The notes beneath the pieces were generated by a model that saw only the letters and a program-made list of their open reading frames with translations, was not told where the DNA came from and made no database searches. 64,000 nt of DNA from Octopus vulgaris (Eukaryota): NCBI GenBank assembly GCA_951406725.2, contig OX597822.1, positions 79,794,001 to 79,858,000 of the forward strand, read 5' to 3'. The translations under genes were made by a program, and so were the position numbers. Positions 26,331 through 39,500 of this stretch are shown here, one piece after another. Each line of letters starts with the position of its first letter. Within the stretch, counting starts at the first letter, position 1.

Positions 26331-27418
26331 GTATTTTTTTATGGCGACTTAGATTTGCGACCAGACAAGTTGTTTATGACTTTCCAGTCTGTGGTGATTT
26401 GCCTACTGTTAACTGCTTCTTTTATACGGTTAATTTGCTCTTCGATGTACGCCTTTTGGTTTGCATTGTACTTCTGAGCTAAGGCTAAAGACGAAACTCT
26501 ACAGCATTAAATGGGAGATTATCAGTTGTTAAATCCTATAATATTGGTAAAAGATGCTGAAATTTAAATGTAGACGAAATCTATCAAATCTTGACTTCGA
26601 AATTTAAACTTCTTAATAACCATCAAGATTCTGTTTTATCTTGTAAACATTCCTCTAAATATGTATTTCGAAAATACAATAAAATAAAATAAATTATAAT
26701 TAAATATTATTCGATAAAATACGATAAATAAATATATTATATTATTTTGGATGTTATGACAACATATGTCTTTTAATCAGTAAACAAAATAGAGGTCTAA
26801 TAACAGCACAATTTGAAGACGTAAAGCACAAATTCCTTATATTAAATACCCAAACAAATCATGTGATACACATTATACAAAACCCTGGATTAATACAAAT
26901 TAAATAGATAAAATAATTTCAAATAACTATAAAGATTAAGTTGTAATTTTTAATTAATAATAAAGTTTATTGTTTCATATCCATGAATTTAATAATTAAA
27001 ATTTATAATTATTGACAATCTTACTGGTAAACATAATGCATATTAATGCAGATGCAGCTTTAATGGTCCCTTTGTTTTAAAATAAGTTAACATGCACACA
27101 CACAAATAATTATATACGGAACTAATACGCGTATATATTATTTTTATTTTTACTTTTTGTTTTTATTATAAAACAGTAATGCGCACAAGTATACATTACT
27201 AAACGAATTCGTTTATTCTTTCAAACACGCATACACACACACATAAATTAGTAAAATCTATAGACATACAAATTCATAATGGCTTATATAGTTTTATTTA
27301 TTTCTATTCGTATTTTGTCTGATTTATTTTTATTTTAATTTTTATTCTATTTTATTTCATTTTCTTATATATATACATACATACATACATACATACATAC
27401 ATACATACATACATACAT

Positions 27419-27551
<133 letters not shown>

Positions 27552-27776
27552 TATATACACATATATATATTTAAATTTAACGGTCTTTTCACATGTCAAC
27601 AATATTTTCAGCTTACTGAACTAACAAATATTTTGTATATAAGATACACATGTGTCTTATATTGACAATTTCATTAGTAACTTATACGAAATGCTACCAT
27701 GTAATCTGGCCCACCGTTGGAAAATACCAAATTCTTAATACTTTTGTACTTACTTCTCTCTTTTCTTATTTTCCAG

Positions 27777-28693
27777 TACATATGGGGCTATGATAACACC
27801 GACTCAAATACTAAATGTCTGAAGAATCTACTCTGTACTGCAATCGGAATAATTTCCGTGACATTAGTTGTGGCCACATCATTTGTGACTGGTTTTAGTC
27901 AAATCTTAACTATTTCAGAATCTCTCATTTTGCCCACATCCTTATTGGCTTTATCTTTCACGTGGTGCCCTGGAATAGCAAAGTTTATAATACGATCTCG
28001 AGATGACCTCGTTGATGGTCGTAAAAATGCCAGTATTATTTATACTATTTTGAAATTAGTAGCGCTTATTGTCTTAACCGTTATTATAACTTACTTAAAT
28101 CGGCAGGACAGCTTCGAAGAATCATTTTACAGCATAATACAAGGTTTCCGTAATATATACTCAACAAAAATCATCAGAGATGGACTCTTGATTCACCTCT
28201 TTGCTGGTTTATTATCTCATGTATCTACTTACATATCAACACGAATATGCCTTACACGTAGTGGTATTTACCTACCAACAATATTTGTCACTCCGATCAC
28301 AATCTTGATCATCATTGTTGACAATTTCTATGGAGTTTTTCATATCGTAAAGTTGTCTGCCCTGTCAGGATTTACTATTGCTTCGTGGTTTTGTTTCGGA
28401 ATTGCAATTTTACTATGGTTGTTACCATTTGTAATGCTGGGCATGAACCATACACCTGTACCAAATTCCATACTGAAACCTTCGGAATCGAACTTCTTAA
28501 GTTTTTCTTACAACAATATCTTCCTCGAACATCATTTGCATTTGAATTACAAACCGGAAGGAATTCATACCAAACATAAAAAGACGAGTGACATGTTGAC
28601 CGGGGTATCCAAAGTGAGCAAAGTTTTTATATGTACAACCATGTATAGAGAAGCAGAATTCGAAATGAAGCGACTCCTGAAAAGTTTAGAAGG
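27777..28693 (+). CDS. CHS: Chitin synthase exon 5 (multi-TM region to KVFICTTMYREAEFEMKRLLKSL)
   Basis: Polypyrimidine tract plus cAG at 27775-27776; donor GG|gtaaat. CTTMYRE is the start-of-catalytic-domain motif (CATMWHE in insects). Confidence 0.92.
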
Positions 28694-29020
28694 GTAAATA
28701 ACTATTTTTAATACATACGCACACACATAATACATTCATACGTACATGCAAATATACATACATACATGCATACACACACACACACATACATACATGCATA
28801 CACATACATACATACATACATACATACATACATACATACATACATACATACATACATACATGCATGCAGATTCTATACTGCTCACCAGTGAAACTACATT
28901 ATTGACTAAAATAACTGACCACTGTGCACCTACTACAGCTATGTAAATAGCAGGCACAACCGCAACGATTATTGTTGTATCGTATTATTGTTATTTTTGT
29001 TATTATTATTATTGTTGTTG

Positions 29021-29061
<41 letters not shown>

Positions 29062-30128
29062 TAATATTGTTGTTATTACTATTATTATTGTTATTATTAT
29101 TATTAGTAGTAGTAGTAGTAGCAGCAGCAGCAGCTGTAGTCAGAGTTTCTGAGAAAAAATAATTTTGGATTTGAAGTACTATCCCATGGAGAGAGTATTC
29201 TCTATGAAAGTAAGTAAAAAACCATCAGATGCGGTAGTAAAAGCTGTTAACGACATTGGAGAGGAATATTTACACTCAGTGAAATGAACCCTCATTCTGG
29301 CAGATTAACGCCTGCCTATATGCCCTGTCTACTATTGCAAAGCAGTACATGAGCGACATTCAAAGTTTGAACAAAACCGAAACAACAAAGAAAGTACCGT
29401 CATGGAAAGTACCTATTTCTTTATTACCCACACGGGGCTAAACACAGAGGAGACAAACAAGGACAGAAAAACGGATTAAGTCGGTTATATTGACCCCAGT
29501 GCGTAACTGGTACTTAATTTATCGACCCCAAAAAGGATGAAAGGCAAAGTCGACCTCGGCGGAATTTGAACTCAGAACGTAACGGTAGACGAAATACAGC
29601 TATGCATTTCGCCCGGCGTGCTAACGTTTCTGTCAGCTCGCCGCCATTTGCCAATACACTCAGACACTGCACACTGCTATGCACTGCACCAAAGATTACA
29701 TTAGAATGTTTTCATTACACTAGGATAAGAGACAAAACATGCAGCCAATGCATAGAGAGTTGCACTTGGCTGTCCATTGTAAATATGTCATAGAGGTGAC
29801 CGAGAAGTAAAGTTAGCAATGATTTTGTTGCTGTAATTATGATTCTTTGTTCTATCTCGGGAGGGCCATTATGTCAATAATAAGCACTGGTTCTATTTCA
29901 CTTCATTTATTTGTCAATTGGTTGACTACTTAATCAATTAACTAACTGATTGTTTGATTAATTGTTAAGTTAATCAGTCAATCAACTAGGTTTGTCATAG
30001 TCCTTTTGTCGCTATTTGTGACCTCATGAATGACATGTCATCTCTGCTTGAAGTCCATTTCAGATTTGCCTGTCTGTATTTGTCAGTTGCATCTTTTGCT
30101 TTCATTAAATCTTTTCCGTGAATTCCAG

Positions 30129-30393
30129 AATATCCTTGTCGAAAAAACTGTCTCATGTCTATATTGAGTCCCACGTGATTCTTGATAATGGTTGTAACGG
30201 AAAGGAACTTGGAGAGTTTGCTCTGCAGTTTCTGTCGTTACTTCAAAACGAACTAAAAATTGCTCGTACAAAAGTGTATGCAAATCGAATGCCTTACGGA
30301 TTGCAGCTGCAATGGATCTTAAATGGTGGTGTTCCATTGTTTCTGCACTTGAAAGACTCTCAAAAAGTGAAACCGAAAAAGCGATGGAGTCAG
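30129..30393 (+). CDS. CHS: Chitin synthase exon 6 (ESHVILDNG...MPYGLQLQW...HLKDSQKVKPKKRWSQ)
   Basis: Phase-2 acceptor ttccAG and donor CAG|gtaagt. PYG, HLKD and KKRWSQ are conserved CHS motifs. Confidence 0.95.
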
Positions 30394-30433
30394 GTAAGTC
30401 TAATACATAGATATGTGTGTATGTATGTGCATG

Positions 30434-30490
<57 letters not shown>

Positions 30491-30673
30491 TGTGTGTGTG
30501 TGTGTGTGAGTGCAGGCGCAGGGGTGGTTGTGTGGTAAGTAGCTTGCTTACCAATCACATGGTTCCGGGTATAGTCGTCCCACAGCGTGGTATTTTGGGC
30601 AAGTGTCTGCTACTATAGCCTCGGGCCGACCAAAGGCTTGTGAGTGGATTTAGCAGATGGAAACGGAAAGAAG

Positions 30674-30745
<72 letters not shown>

Positions 30746-30746
<1 letters not shown>

Positions 30747-33700
30747 TAGCAGCATAGCCCGGCGTTGCCCGGGTATGTAAGAGCCCCTAGTAGGCAACGA
30801 CTAATCCCAATGTAGTCCTTTCCCTCCAGGGAACGAAGGTGCATGTGGACGTTGCAATGTCTTGTCTTCACTGGAATACTTCTGTATATACGATGTTCCT
30901 AGCTGTCCGTTTGGGCGAAAACATGAAAACATCATTGCGCCTCCCAGCGCGTGAACAGCCCACGTAGAGTTGACCGTGGGCGAAGCATTGTTCGCCCAAA
31001 TGTAACCCAGTGACTGGATTGGTAGGTCAGCGCCCGACGGTTGAAGGTGCATCCGTGGAATGAAGACGTCCTCTCCCTTCCCACAACCGGTAAGTATTGT
31101 GGCCGTTATTAAATGTGGTGCCAAATGTTTCACAACCAAACGTGTGCCGTTGCACTGTTTAGGTGGAACCAAATTCCTGATGAGCATAATGGGCGCACCG
31201 ACTTTTAACTTCAGGATGTGTGGTGGCAGGCCTGGCGGTTCAAGTGAATTCAGGAATTCAACAGGATAATCGGCAAGCTGGGCGGGGTCTGCTGTCCTAT
31301 CTATAGATTTGTAGACGTGGACATCACCAGGAATAGCTTCAAGTAGCTGGATATTGATGGAGTTGACAGTTGTATTTTTGGGTGCGAGAATAGCTCTGCC
31401 TGCCAGCCATTTTAGGTCGCGTAAATTGTTTTGTAGGTCGTGGAAGACAGCGTCCCGGAGGCTAGCAGGGGTGTCGACAATGGTGCAAAGTGAGTCCAAT
31501 TGAACGTAGCCATCCGCATCAGACAGCATCCTATTTTCACCGAGCGATAAGAGGTCCCTGGAGAATGCAGCGGATCCGCTGTCACCAATTAACTGCGCGC
31601 GCATGTTAGTTTGGAGGTGCAAGGGCCGCACATGTGCCCAAAGAGCTGACGACTTAAGGCACGCGCGCACGGCATCGGCACGGGTTCCTTTGGGAATAAC
31701 AGGTAGAGTCTGCCTGAAGTCTCCTGAAAGAAGTAAAGTTAATCCTCCCATGGGGGCCGTAGAGTCTCTGATGTCTTGCAGGGACCTGTCCAGTGCCTCA
31801 AGGGCGCCTTTGTGTGCCATAGTGCACTCGTCCCATACGATGAGTTTGCATCTGCGCAGAATGTCGGCCTGTTCTGAGTTCTTGGCGATGTTGCAGATAG
31901 GTGGCTCGGACTTTGCCAGATCGAGCGGGAGTCTGAAGGCAGAGTGGGCGGTTCTGCCACCCGGAAGCAACGTGGCCGCGATACCAGAGGAAGCTACAGC
32001 CAGGGTAATGTCCGTGTTGCGTCTGACCTCTGCCAGAATTAGTTTAGTGACGAAGGTTTTGCCAGTGCCGCCGGGTGCATCAAGGAAGAAAATCCCCCCA
32101 CGTTGCTGTCTGACAGAGTCTACGATGGTGTTGTAGGCTATGCGCTGGTCTGGAAGCAGCCGTGGTTCATTATCTTGGACGTACTGGTGCAGTTCCTCAA
32201 TGCAGTAGGAAGTTTCGCGTAACAATTCAGCAGACATAACATTGGCGTGTTCACGTGTGGGTGGTGGAAGGCCGTACTCTGTTAAAGCAGACCCACCCAT
32301 ATCGATGACAGAGTCTTCGAGTTGAATGAGCGCAAAATTGTAAATGAAGTTGGTGAACGTGATCTCGGCGGAAGGGCAGTGTTGCTGAGCCGTACGTAAG
32401 AAGTCGTGCGACATGTCATCCCTGTATTTCATCCAGAGACTTAGTGGATCACTAAGCTGACATTTTTGAAGAAGGATTGCGAAAAGATGTCGTAGGGCCG
32501 AATGCGTTTGCAGTAAAGCACCCTCTGCCATCGTGGCGTCCCACTGGGAGTCATCCTCTAGAAAGCCAAGTCTCATACATGCTTCCCTGAAGGTGTCGCA
32601 CAGAACCCCATTGACGGTACGTATATTGGCGAAACCTGTTGGATCAGTGACCTCATGTAGAAGGAGACGGAGGTAGAAGCATTCTTGCTGGTTTGGCGGG
32701 ATGTTGTAAACTCGACCCAGGCAGGAGTCAAACTTGACGCCTGGGAAGCTTTCGACGTTTTTGCCGGATTTCCGTCGAACCCAGGTGTTTTTAGACCACA
32801 CGAAGTACGATGGGACCTGTGGGTACAAAAGCGTTCGAGCGAAGTCATCACGTTGGCATAATTTGAAGAAACCAGTCAACGTTGTGTCTTTAGGGCTGGT
32901 GGCTATCTGCACAGCACTTTGCTCTGTGAAGTAAATCCGCTGTCCATTTTCCAAGTGTACAGCAAGCTGCACCACAGCCGGGTGTCTCTGATGGAGCGGG
33001 AAGCCGTAAATGCGCCAAAACGCTTCGTTGCTGCTGAGGTACCGGCCAGCCAAGTAGTTGGACACTTCGTCGCGACTGTATCAGCATCAATGACAACGGT
33101 GAAGTTTGGAGATGGAGCACTGTCCAAGGCATATCTGAAGCTGCAGACGTAGCTGTTGATATCATGAAGCATGGTTTGGAGACGGAGAAGAATGTCTTTG
33201 CGGGGAACATAGCTTGTACCCGGTATTATTCCAAAGCGTGCATCAACCTGGTGGTTGTAGTCGGCAATGAAGTATATTTGGAGGAAAGAAGACTGCTGAA
33301 TCTCGTCTGGCAGAAGTGACCCAATAAGATGGTAGACCTGTCCCTGCACTTTGAAAGTAGGCATCCAGCCTTCTCTGGGAGGAATTTTGGCCCCGAAAGA
33401 GGTCATTTGGAATGAGCAGTTGTACTTTCGAATTATTTCAAGGAATTGTGACGAATCGGGGGTTAAACCCGCCGTGAGATCCTTCAGTGGTTGAGGTGGT
33501 TCCCGTAGGGGTGGCAGGTCCACTTTGCCACCAGAGCAGCACAAACCAGGTGGCTCTCCGGGCCATTTCTTGGCTTTGCAAAACTGGCATACAATTGTCA
33601 TTGACCCTATCTTGATGTCGTCACGCAAGGAGAAGTTAATTGTGGCGTCGTAGTTGAATGCTAGTGACAACCAGAAAGCGGGGGCAGGGGTACGTACACC

Positions 33701-35528
33701 ACAAATGATATCCCGACGTTTGTTGATACTCTCAAGTCGAGTGCACCGTGCCTCAGCAGATTCAGATGCACGTGCGACAGCGGTAGCAGTGGCATCCCTT
33801 GAAAGCCTTTCAGCTCTCGCCTCAGCACCCTCTGAAGCCCTAGCAGAAGCAGTGTTAATGGCATGTCTGGATGTCCGAATAGTCCGTTGGTGTGGAGTTT
33901 CGGCAGATCGAGCCCTGGCTGTGTTTGCGGCGTTAGCAGCTTGGCGAGCTCTCCTCTGTTGAGGTGTTTCGGCAGCTTTGGCCATGGCTTTGTTTGCGGC
34001 GTCAGCATCTTGGCGAGTTCTCCTCTGCTGTGAGGTTTCGACAGATCGTGTCCTGGCGGTGCTAGTGGCGTTAGCCGCATTCCGAATGGCCCTTTGTTCG
34101 GGGTTCTCGCGAGCTCTGCGGATGGAAGCACAGTAAGAAGCCCGCATGTTTTGGCTGGACTGTTGCTCTTTCGTCAACCTCGAGCGGAGGGAAGATCTGT
34201 ACGCTGCGACCCTTGCAAGTCGGGTAGAACGGTCGCTAGTAGTTTCAGATGCCTGAGCAGCGGCATAACGGGAAGCTGTTTGCGAGAGGCGCAAGGCGGT
34301 TTCCTCGTGGGTCTCGCGTGCCCTTCTAGCCCTAGCAGCCGATGCCTTGGCCGTCCGAGGGATGAGGAGGGTCCTTCTCTTCTTGGGTGGCATTTTGGTG
34401 GATAGCAATGTGTTTGGCAAAGGTGTAATAAAAAGGAACACGTGGGGTAAGTATTTTGGTGGATAGCAATGTGTTTGGTAAAGGTGTAATAAAAAGGAGC
34501 TCGTGGGGTAAGTATCCGAAAATGTATAAAAATGTACAAAAACGGCCAAAAAGCTGGCAGCAATGTGAGTGACAACAACGAAAAAGTCAAAAGTGATCAA
34601 ACTGAACAAACGAAAGGAAAAGTTTTTTGATGCACACGACAAAAGTGGTTTATAATAAACCAAGAGTTTGCAAGTAGCGTCCGAGGACCGTTAGGGTACG
34701 TCAAAAATTGAAGGTAAAACGTTTGGGGTGGTAGTTATAAAGAAAGTTTAAACAAAAAAAGTATTCGAATAACTTGCGGCTGCAGCAGCTATTAGCAGAA
34801 GTGGCGGTGTTGGGGGTAAAGTCTCGAATGTAATTTCTTCCTGGTAGGAATTGGTTGGATCGAATTATCGATAGCTAAAAAGGTCAAGTTGCGTCCCCTA
34901 GACAGTCTGGTTTGTGTTTAATACACAAATTTGTTTGCTATGTGTGCCACATATGATTAAATTAACCGATATTTTCCAATAATGTATCCTATTGGAATAA
35001 AAAAGGCTATATAGCTCCTTGGAGCAGACATGATGCTCGTTGTGAAAAAAAAAAAGATTCCTGCCAATTTGTGAAAGATATTGTCGAAAACATGTCATCT
35101 TGAATTTGAACGCGATTTCCCAAAATGGCATGATTTTATCGATTGTTTCTGATGGTAAGGTATTGCATGGAAAACTAACGTCAGAATTGAGTTTCTTAGG
35201 GTAACATTAAGCTTCACCATGAGTTTGGTGAAAATCGATTGCAAGTTGTGAAAACTACCATAGATAATGCGTTGCATAAAAAAAGCTTAGATTCTCGAGT
35301 TGCGTCCCCTAGACAGTCTGTGGTTCGTGTTTATGATTGTCGACCCCATGTCGAATTTATCAATTTTTTTCAGAACTGGGGGAACTTTTCAAAATTTTCG
35401 CTGCGTTAGTTTTGAATTATGACATTGGGCTATGTGTGTGTCAAGTTTCATCAGAATCGGTTGAAAGCCGTGGTCAGGGTGAGGGTACGAGAAAACAGAC
35501 ACACAGAAGCACGCACAGACAAACTGCC

Positions 35529-35535
<7 letters not shown>
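30746..35535 (-). mobile_element. Helitron (RepHel) with internal deletions, inserted in (TA)n
   Basis: 3' terminus CTAG at 30746-30749 with hairpin CCCGG-GCAACG-CCGGG at 30758-30773. 5' end merges into (TA)n near 35535. PIF1-like helicase motifs DAPGGTGKT, VWDECTM, GDFRQTLPV and CNGTRL. Confidence 0.93.
30801..34392 (-). pseudogene. Helitron RepHel pseudogene: N-terminal R/A/E-rich repeats and zinc finger (from MPPKKRR at 34392), then helicase (33065-30801); Rep nuclease core missing
   Basis: CQFCKAKKW...CCSGGKV, YNCSFQMTSFG and FKVQGQVYH run directly into DEVSNYLAGRYLSSNEAFWRI near 33080. No HUH or YxxK motifs seen. Second deletion/frameshift near 31015. Confidence 0.88.
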
Positions 35536-35582
<47 letters not shown>

Positions 35583-35674
35583 TTAAAAATTAAACAAGGG
35601 TAGATTTTGATATTAATCAATTAAAACCAGTCGCCTAGCATATTATTTCAAAAATCCGAAGATTAAAAATTTTT

Positions 35675-35899
35675 ATACATACAAAATTAAGAGGAACGAC
35701 CACCAATAGTGGACAGCCTGTATGCTAGATATAGACGTTAAACTCGCCATTTACCACGAAGAATGTGTTCTCAAAAACAAAATTCAGCAAAAACCAAAGT
35801 TTGAGAACACATTCTTCGTGGTAAATGGCGAGTTTGACATCTATATCTAGCATACATGCTGTCCACTATTAGTGGTCATTCCTCTTAATTTTGTATATG

Positions 35900-35900
<1 letters not shown>
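35675..35900. repeat. Long inverted repeat (~100-bp arms) between (TA)n tracts
   Basis: acatacaaaattaagagg...gaatgtgttctcaaa versus tttgagaacacattc...cctcttaattttgtatatgt. Confidence 0.85.
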
Positions 35901-35938
<38 letters not shown>

Positions 35939-38638
35939 GCATGTGTATCTATATGTGTATGTGCGTATATTCAGAGTGGTTAACTTATTCAGTCTCCTCC
36001 ATATCGTCTGTAAATCCTATGATAACAATCCTTTCTGTGATAGACGCACAGCCTGAAATTTTGTAGGAGTGGGAAGTCGAACACACCGACTCTAGTGTTT
36101 AACTTAAGTGGTATGGTAATAAAAACAGTTGAGTCTCAATACATGGGCTGTTGTTGTTGCTGTTTAGACTCGGGGCGAACTTGAAGGGAGAGAATTATGA
36201 TGGGAGGAACTTGAGCTTATGACCAACCTCACGCCATTTGCAATAAAAAAAACTACATTACAAAAATCTGACCTGTTTTTACATCATAAAACTAATGTAT
36301 GGATCTCATATTTTAGATATGTTGTCGTGTCGCTGATGCCAATTAATCCATCAACCATTTTCTCTGCCTGCTACTCAGTGTTGAGTTTTGTGGGTAGAGT
36401 CCTCAGGCGCCTCCTCTATATGTTCCCTACCAGAAGCCATCATCATTTCACTTTCCATATGGATTCACAAGCATGACTAACAGAGACTATGGCTATTATC
36501 TAACCATTTTGTTCTTGGTCTACTACTAGGTCTCCTGTTAGTTGACTCGGTTTCAAGAATATGTCTTGCGATTCTTTCCAAAATTTAGGCTTTTCGTCGT
36601 TGTTGTGGTAAACCGTTCACCAACTCTGATTGAAAACATTGAATACAGGATCAAAGCTTTATCAACTCTCGTCTATTTTTTTAATACATAATGTATCCAG
36701 GAACCCATTGTTGTTATATAGAGCCAAGAGATCTGACTGAGCAGGGCTATGAACTAGGTTGTCCCAATCATGACCATCATGGCTTGATTTTTCCTATCCT
36801 TTCTAGCATACCCCATGTCTTAATACAGTGGGCTATGATTTCATGATTTGGCTATACCTGGCTTTTTTTTGTACGTGGCGTGTGTGTTCAATGTGACCAT
36901 CCTTTTTAAAATCGTAGTAAATCGAAGGGAGATTTAGCTCTTATTACTTTACCCCAGATTAATCTTGACCAATAAGATACTGTAACGCATTCTAGCCGTG
37001 ACTGACTAAACTTATATTTTCACATAGTGTGTCTAGAACGACATTAACCAGTTCGTCATTCAGTTCGTCATTAAAAAAACAACAACATTATTTTATGAAT
37101 AATATGTAATTAGTGGCAGAATATTATGAATTAAGATTCTGTTCTTACAAAGGAAAAGCCAGAATGATTCCGGTTTGGTTAAATTTTACTTCATCTGTTG
37201 TCTCACAGAAAGATGAAAATCTCCCTCTCTATCCTCTCGTCCGTTGACAACAACGGCTTTTGTGCCCAATGTAAGATATATCCTTTATACAATAGATGAA
37301 GGTGAAGAGAAATATTTGTCCGAAGAGAAATATTTCTGAACAGTGTACCTGTTACAGGACTGTATTTTCCAGTGTGTCATTTCCTTTTTAACCTCTATGT
37401 CCTGTGTGTAACTCAAGATACACAGGACATATTTTCTTGCAATTCATGCATCATACATGATACATATTCTTAATATTTTCCGAAAACCAGGGTAACTTCA
37501 GACTTGTGAAAGGAAAATTATATATTATCAAAATGTATGAAACAAAAGATAATTGAAATCAGAAATCAAGCGTGAACGTTTAGGACAATTTTACGAAATT
37601 GCTTTGGGCAGGCAAAGCGTAAAGACAGCAGGCTATATGAATTCGCGGCTAATTTTAGCAGGTCGATTTCATTAAATTTTATTTGATTTTTTTCAATTAC
37701 AGTAACACCAGCTCAGTCTAAACAAACCTATAACCAAAAGCATTCCACCTGTAACCATTCCATCTTTTGTATATCTAAGACTACAATACCCAATAAGTCC
37801 TTAAAATAATACGTTAGTGTGATTTTTGCGAATTTTGCTGCCATTTTAGCAAATAGATTTACGCCCTGAGTTCAAATCCCACGAAAGTCAGTTTTGCCTT
37901 TTATCATTTCGCGGTCGATAAAATAAGTATCAATCAAGTTCTAGTGTCGATGTAATCGACATGTCCCCTTACTTCGAAATATTAGTAGCTTTGCACCAAA
38001 ATTTGAAACCTTTTAAGAGGAAAACTGGCAGAATTGTTAAAACGTCTGTAAAAATGCTTAGTGGTGTTTCTGCCGATTCATTACGTTCTGAGTTCAAATT
38101 TCGTCAAAGTAAGTTAACTTCGCCATTCCTCCTGATGGGGTCGATGTTATGAGGTAGTAGTCAAGTAATGGGATCAACGTAATTGCTATGTTTCCTTCCT
38201 TAATAATTACTGGCTTGTGAAAACAGGGATTTAATCGATGTGTTCTGGGTTTTCTGTATAAATGTGTGCACAAGAAAAGGAAAAAACTCTTTATAGTCTC
38301 AGTTGTTCTTTATTCTGACTTCGGATCTCATGGAGGCGACTTTACTATTTTGTCTTTTGTTAAGAAAGAATCAATGATGATGCAAGTGGCAGTAACTAAT
38401 TCCATTGACAATAATCTCTATCCAACACGAAATATCATTGTTCACACGCATACACACACACACGCACAGTCACTGCCACATACGGACACATACGCACAGA
38501 TATATGTGTTTGTATGTGTGTGAATATGTGTGTGTGTGTGTGTGTGCGTGCATGCGTGTACATGTGTATGTGTATGCGTGTGAATATGTGTATATGTATA
38601 TGTATATATAATGTGTAATTTCTTCTCGATCTTTAAAG

Positions 38639-39389
38639 GTATTATATATGAACTACGTAATGAGTTTCCGAGTGAAAAAAGCTTACAATTGGATTGAAAA
38701 AAGACTGAAACGCAGCGAAATGGAATCGACGCCATTCAACGCCCGGTATTGTGTCGCTGAAAGGAAATTCTATGGTGTAGATTCATTGAGCAAGCAAATG
38801 AAAAAACCTACAGTAAGATCTTTACTCGTACGTTCGTTACTGAATCAATATAGTGATTCTTCGGCAGCTTCCAGCGAAGATGATTCATCAGACTGGTCGG
38901 ATGATTCAGAACTGGGTGGCAGCATAAAGTCATCCTCTAGCGTTCTATTCCAACCAAATCGCTTGAGTGTCCTCAAGATGAACGGTAGATTATCAGCGAG
39001 CAACCATTCGTCGGTGAACTCTACATACTTGCGTGGGCTTGAAGATTCTGGCACTCTGAGTACAATAATTGATATGGGTCGCAATGATGCCAGTATTCGT
39101 ATTAATCCAAAAATAGAAGAAAAACCTATTAACACAATCAGTGGAAATTCAATTAAGGATACCAAAGTAAACATCAAGTCACCGTTCCTTCCGAGCCTTG
39201 AAGAATTCGACAGCCGGACCTATATTCTAGCAACGGATTCCGACATGGAGTTCAATGATGACGCTGTGATTGATTTACTGAACACTTGTAATGGTGATCT
39301 TCGCCTCGGTGGTGCTTGTGGCCGGACACATCCCATCGGCGAGAAGAATCACCCAATTGTATGGGTCCAAATGTTTGAATATATCAAAG
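38639..39389 (+). CDS. CHS: Chitin synthase exon 7 (VLYMNYV, long Ser/Asp-rich insert, TYILATDSD, GGACGRTHP, QMFEY)
   Basis: Acceptor ctttaaAG and donor G|gttggt. Contains the DxD, ACGRxHP and QxFEY motifs. Confidence 0.93.
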
Positions 39390-39469
39390 GTTGGTTTTTC
39401 TTTTTCTCTAATGTTGTTTAAATAACACTTGATATTTTGTATAAAAAATCGATTCAAATATTTATACAC

Positions 39470-39500
<31 letters not shown>

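Noticed and set aside
30801-33065. Host PIF1 helicase gene
   Set aside because: Intronless, inside Helitron termini, preceded by RepHel N-terminal motifs and missing part of a helicase motif.
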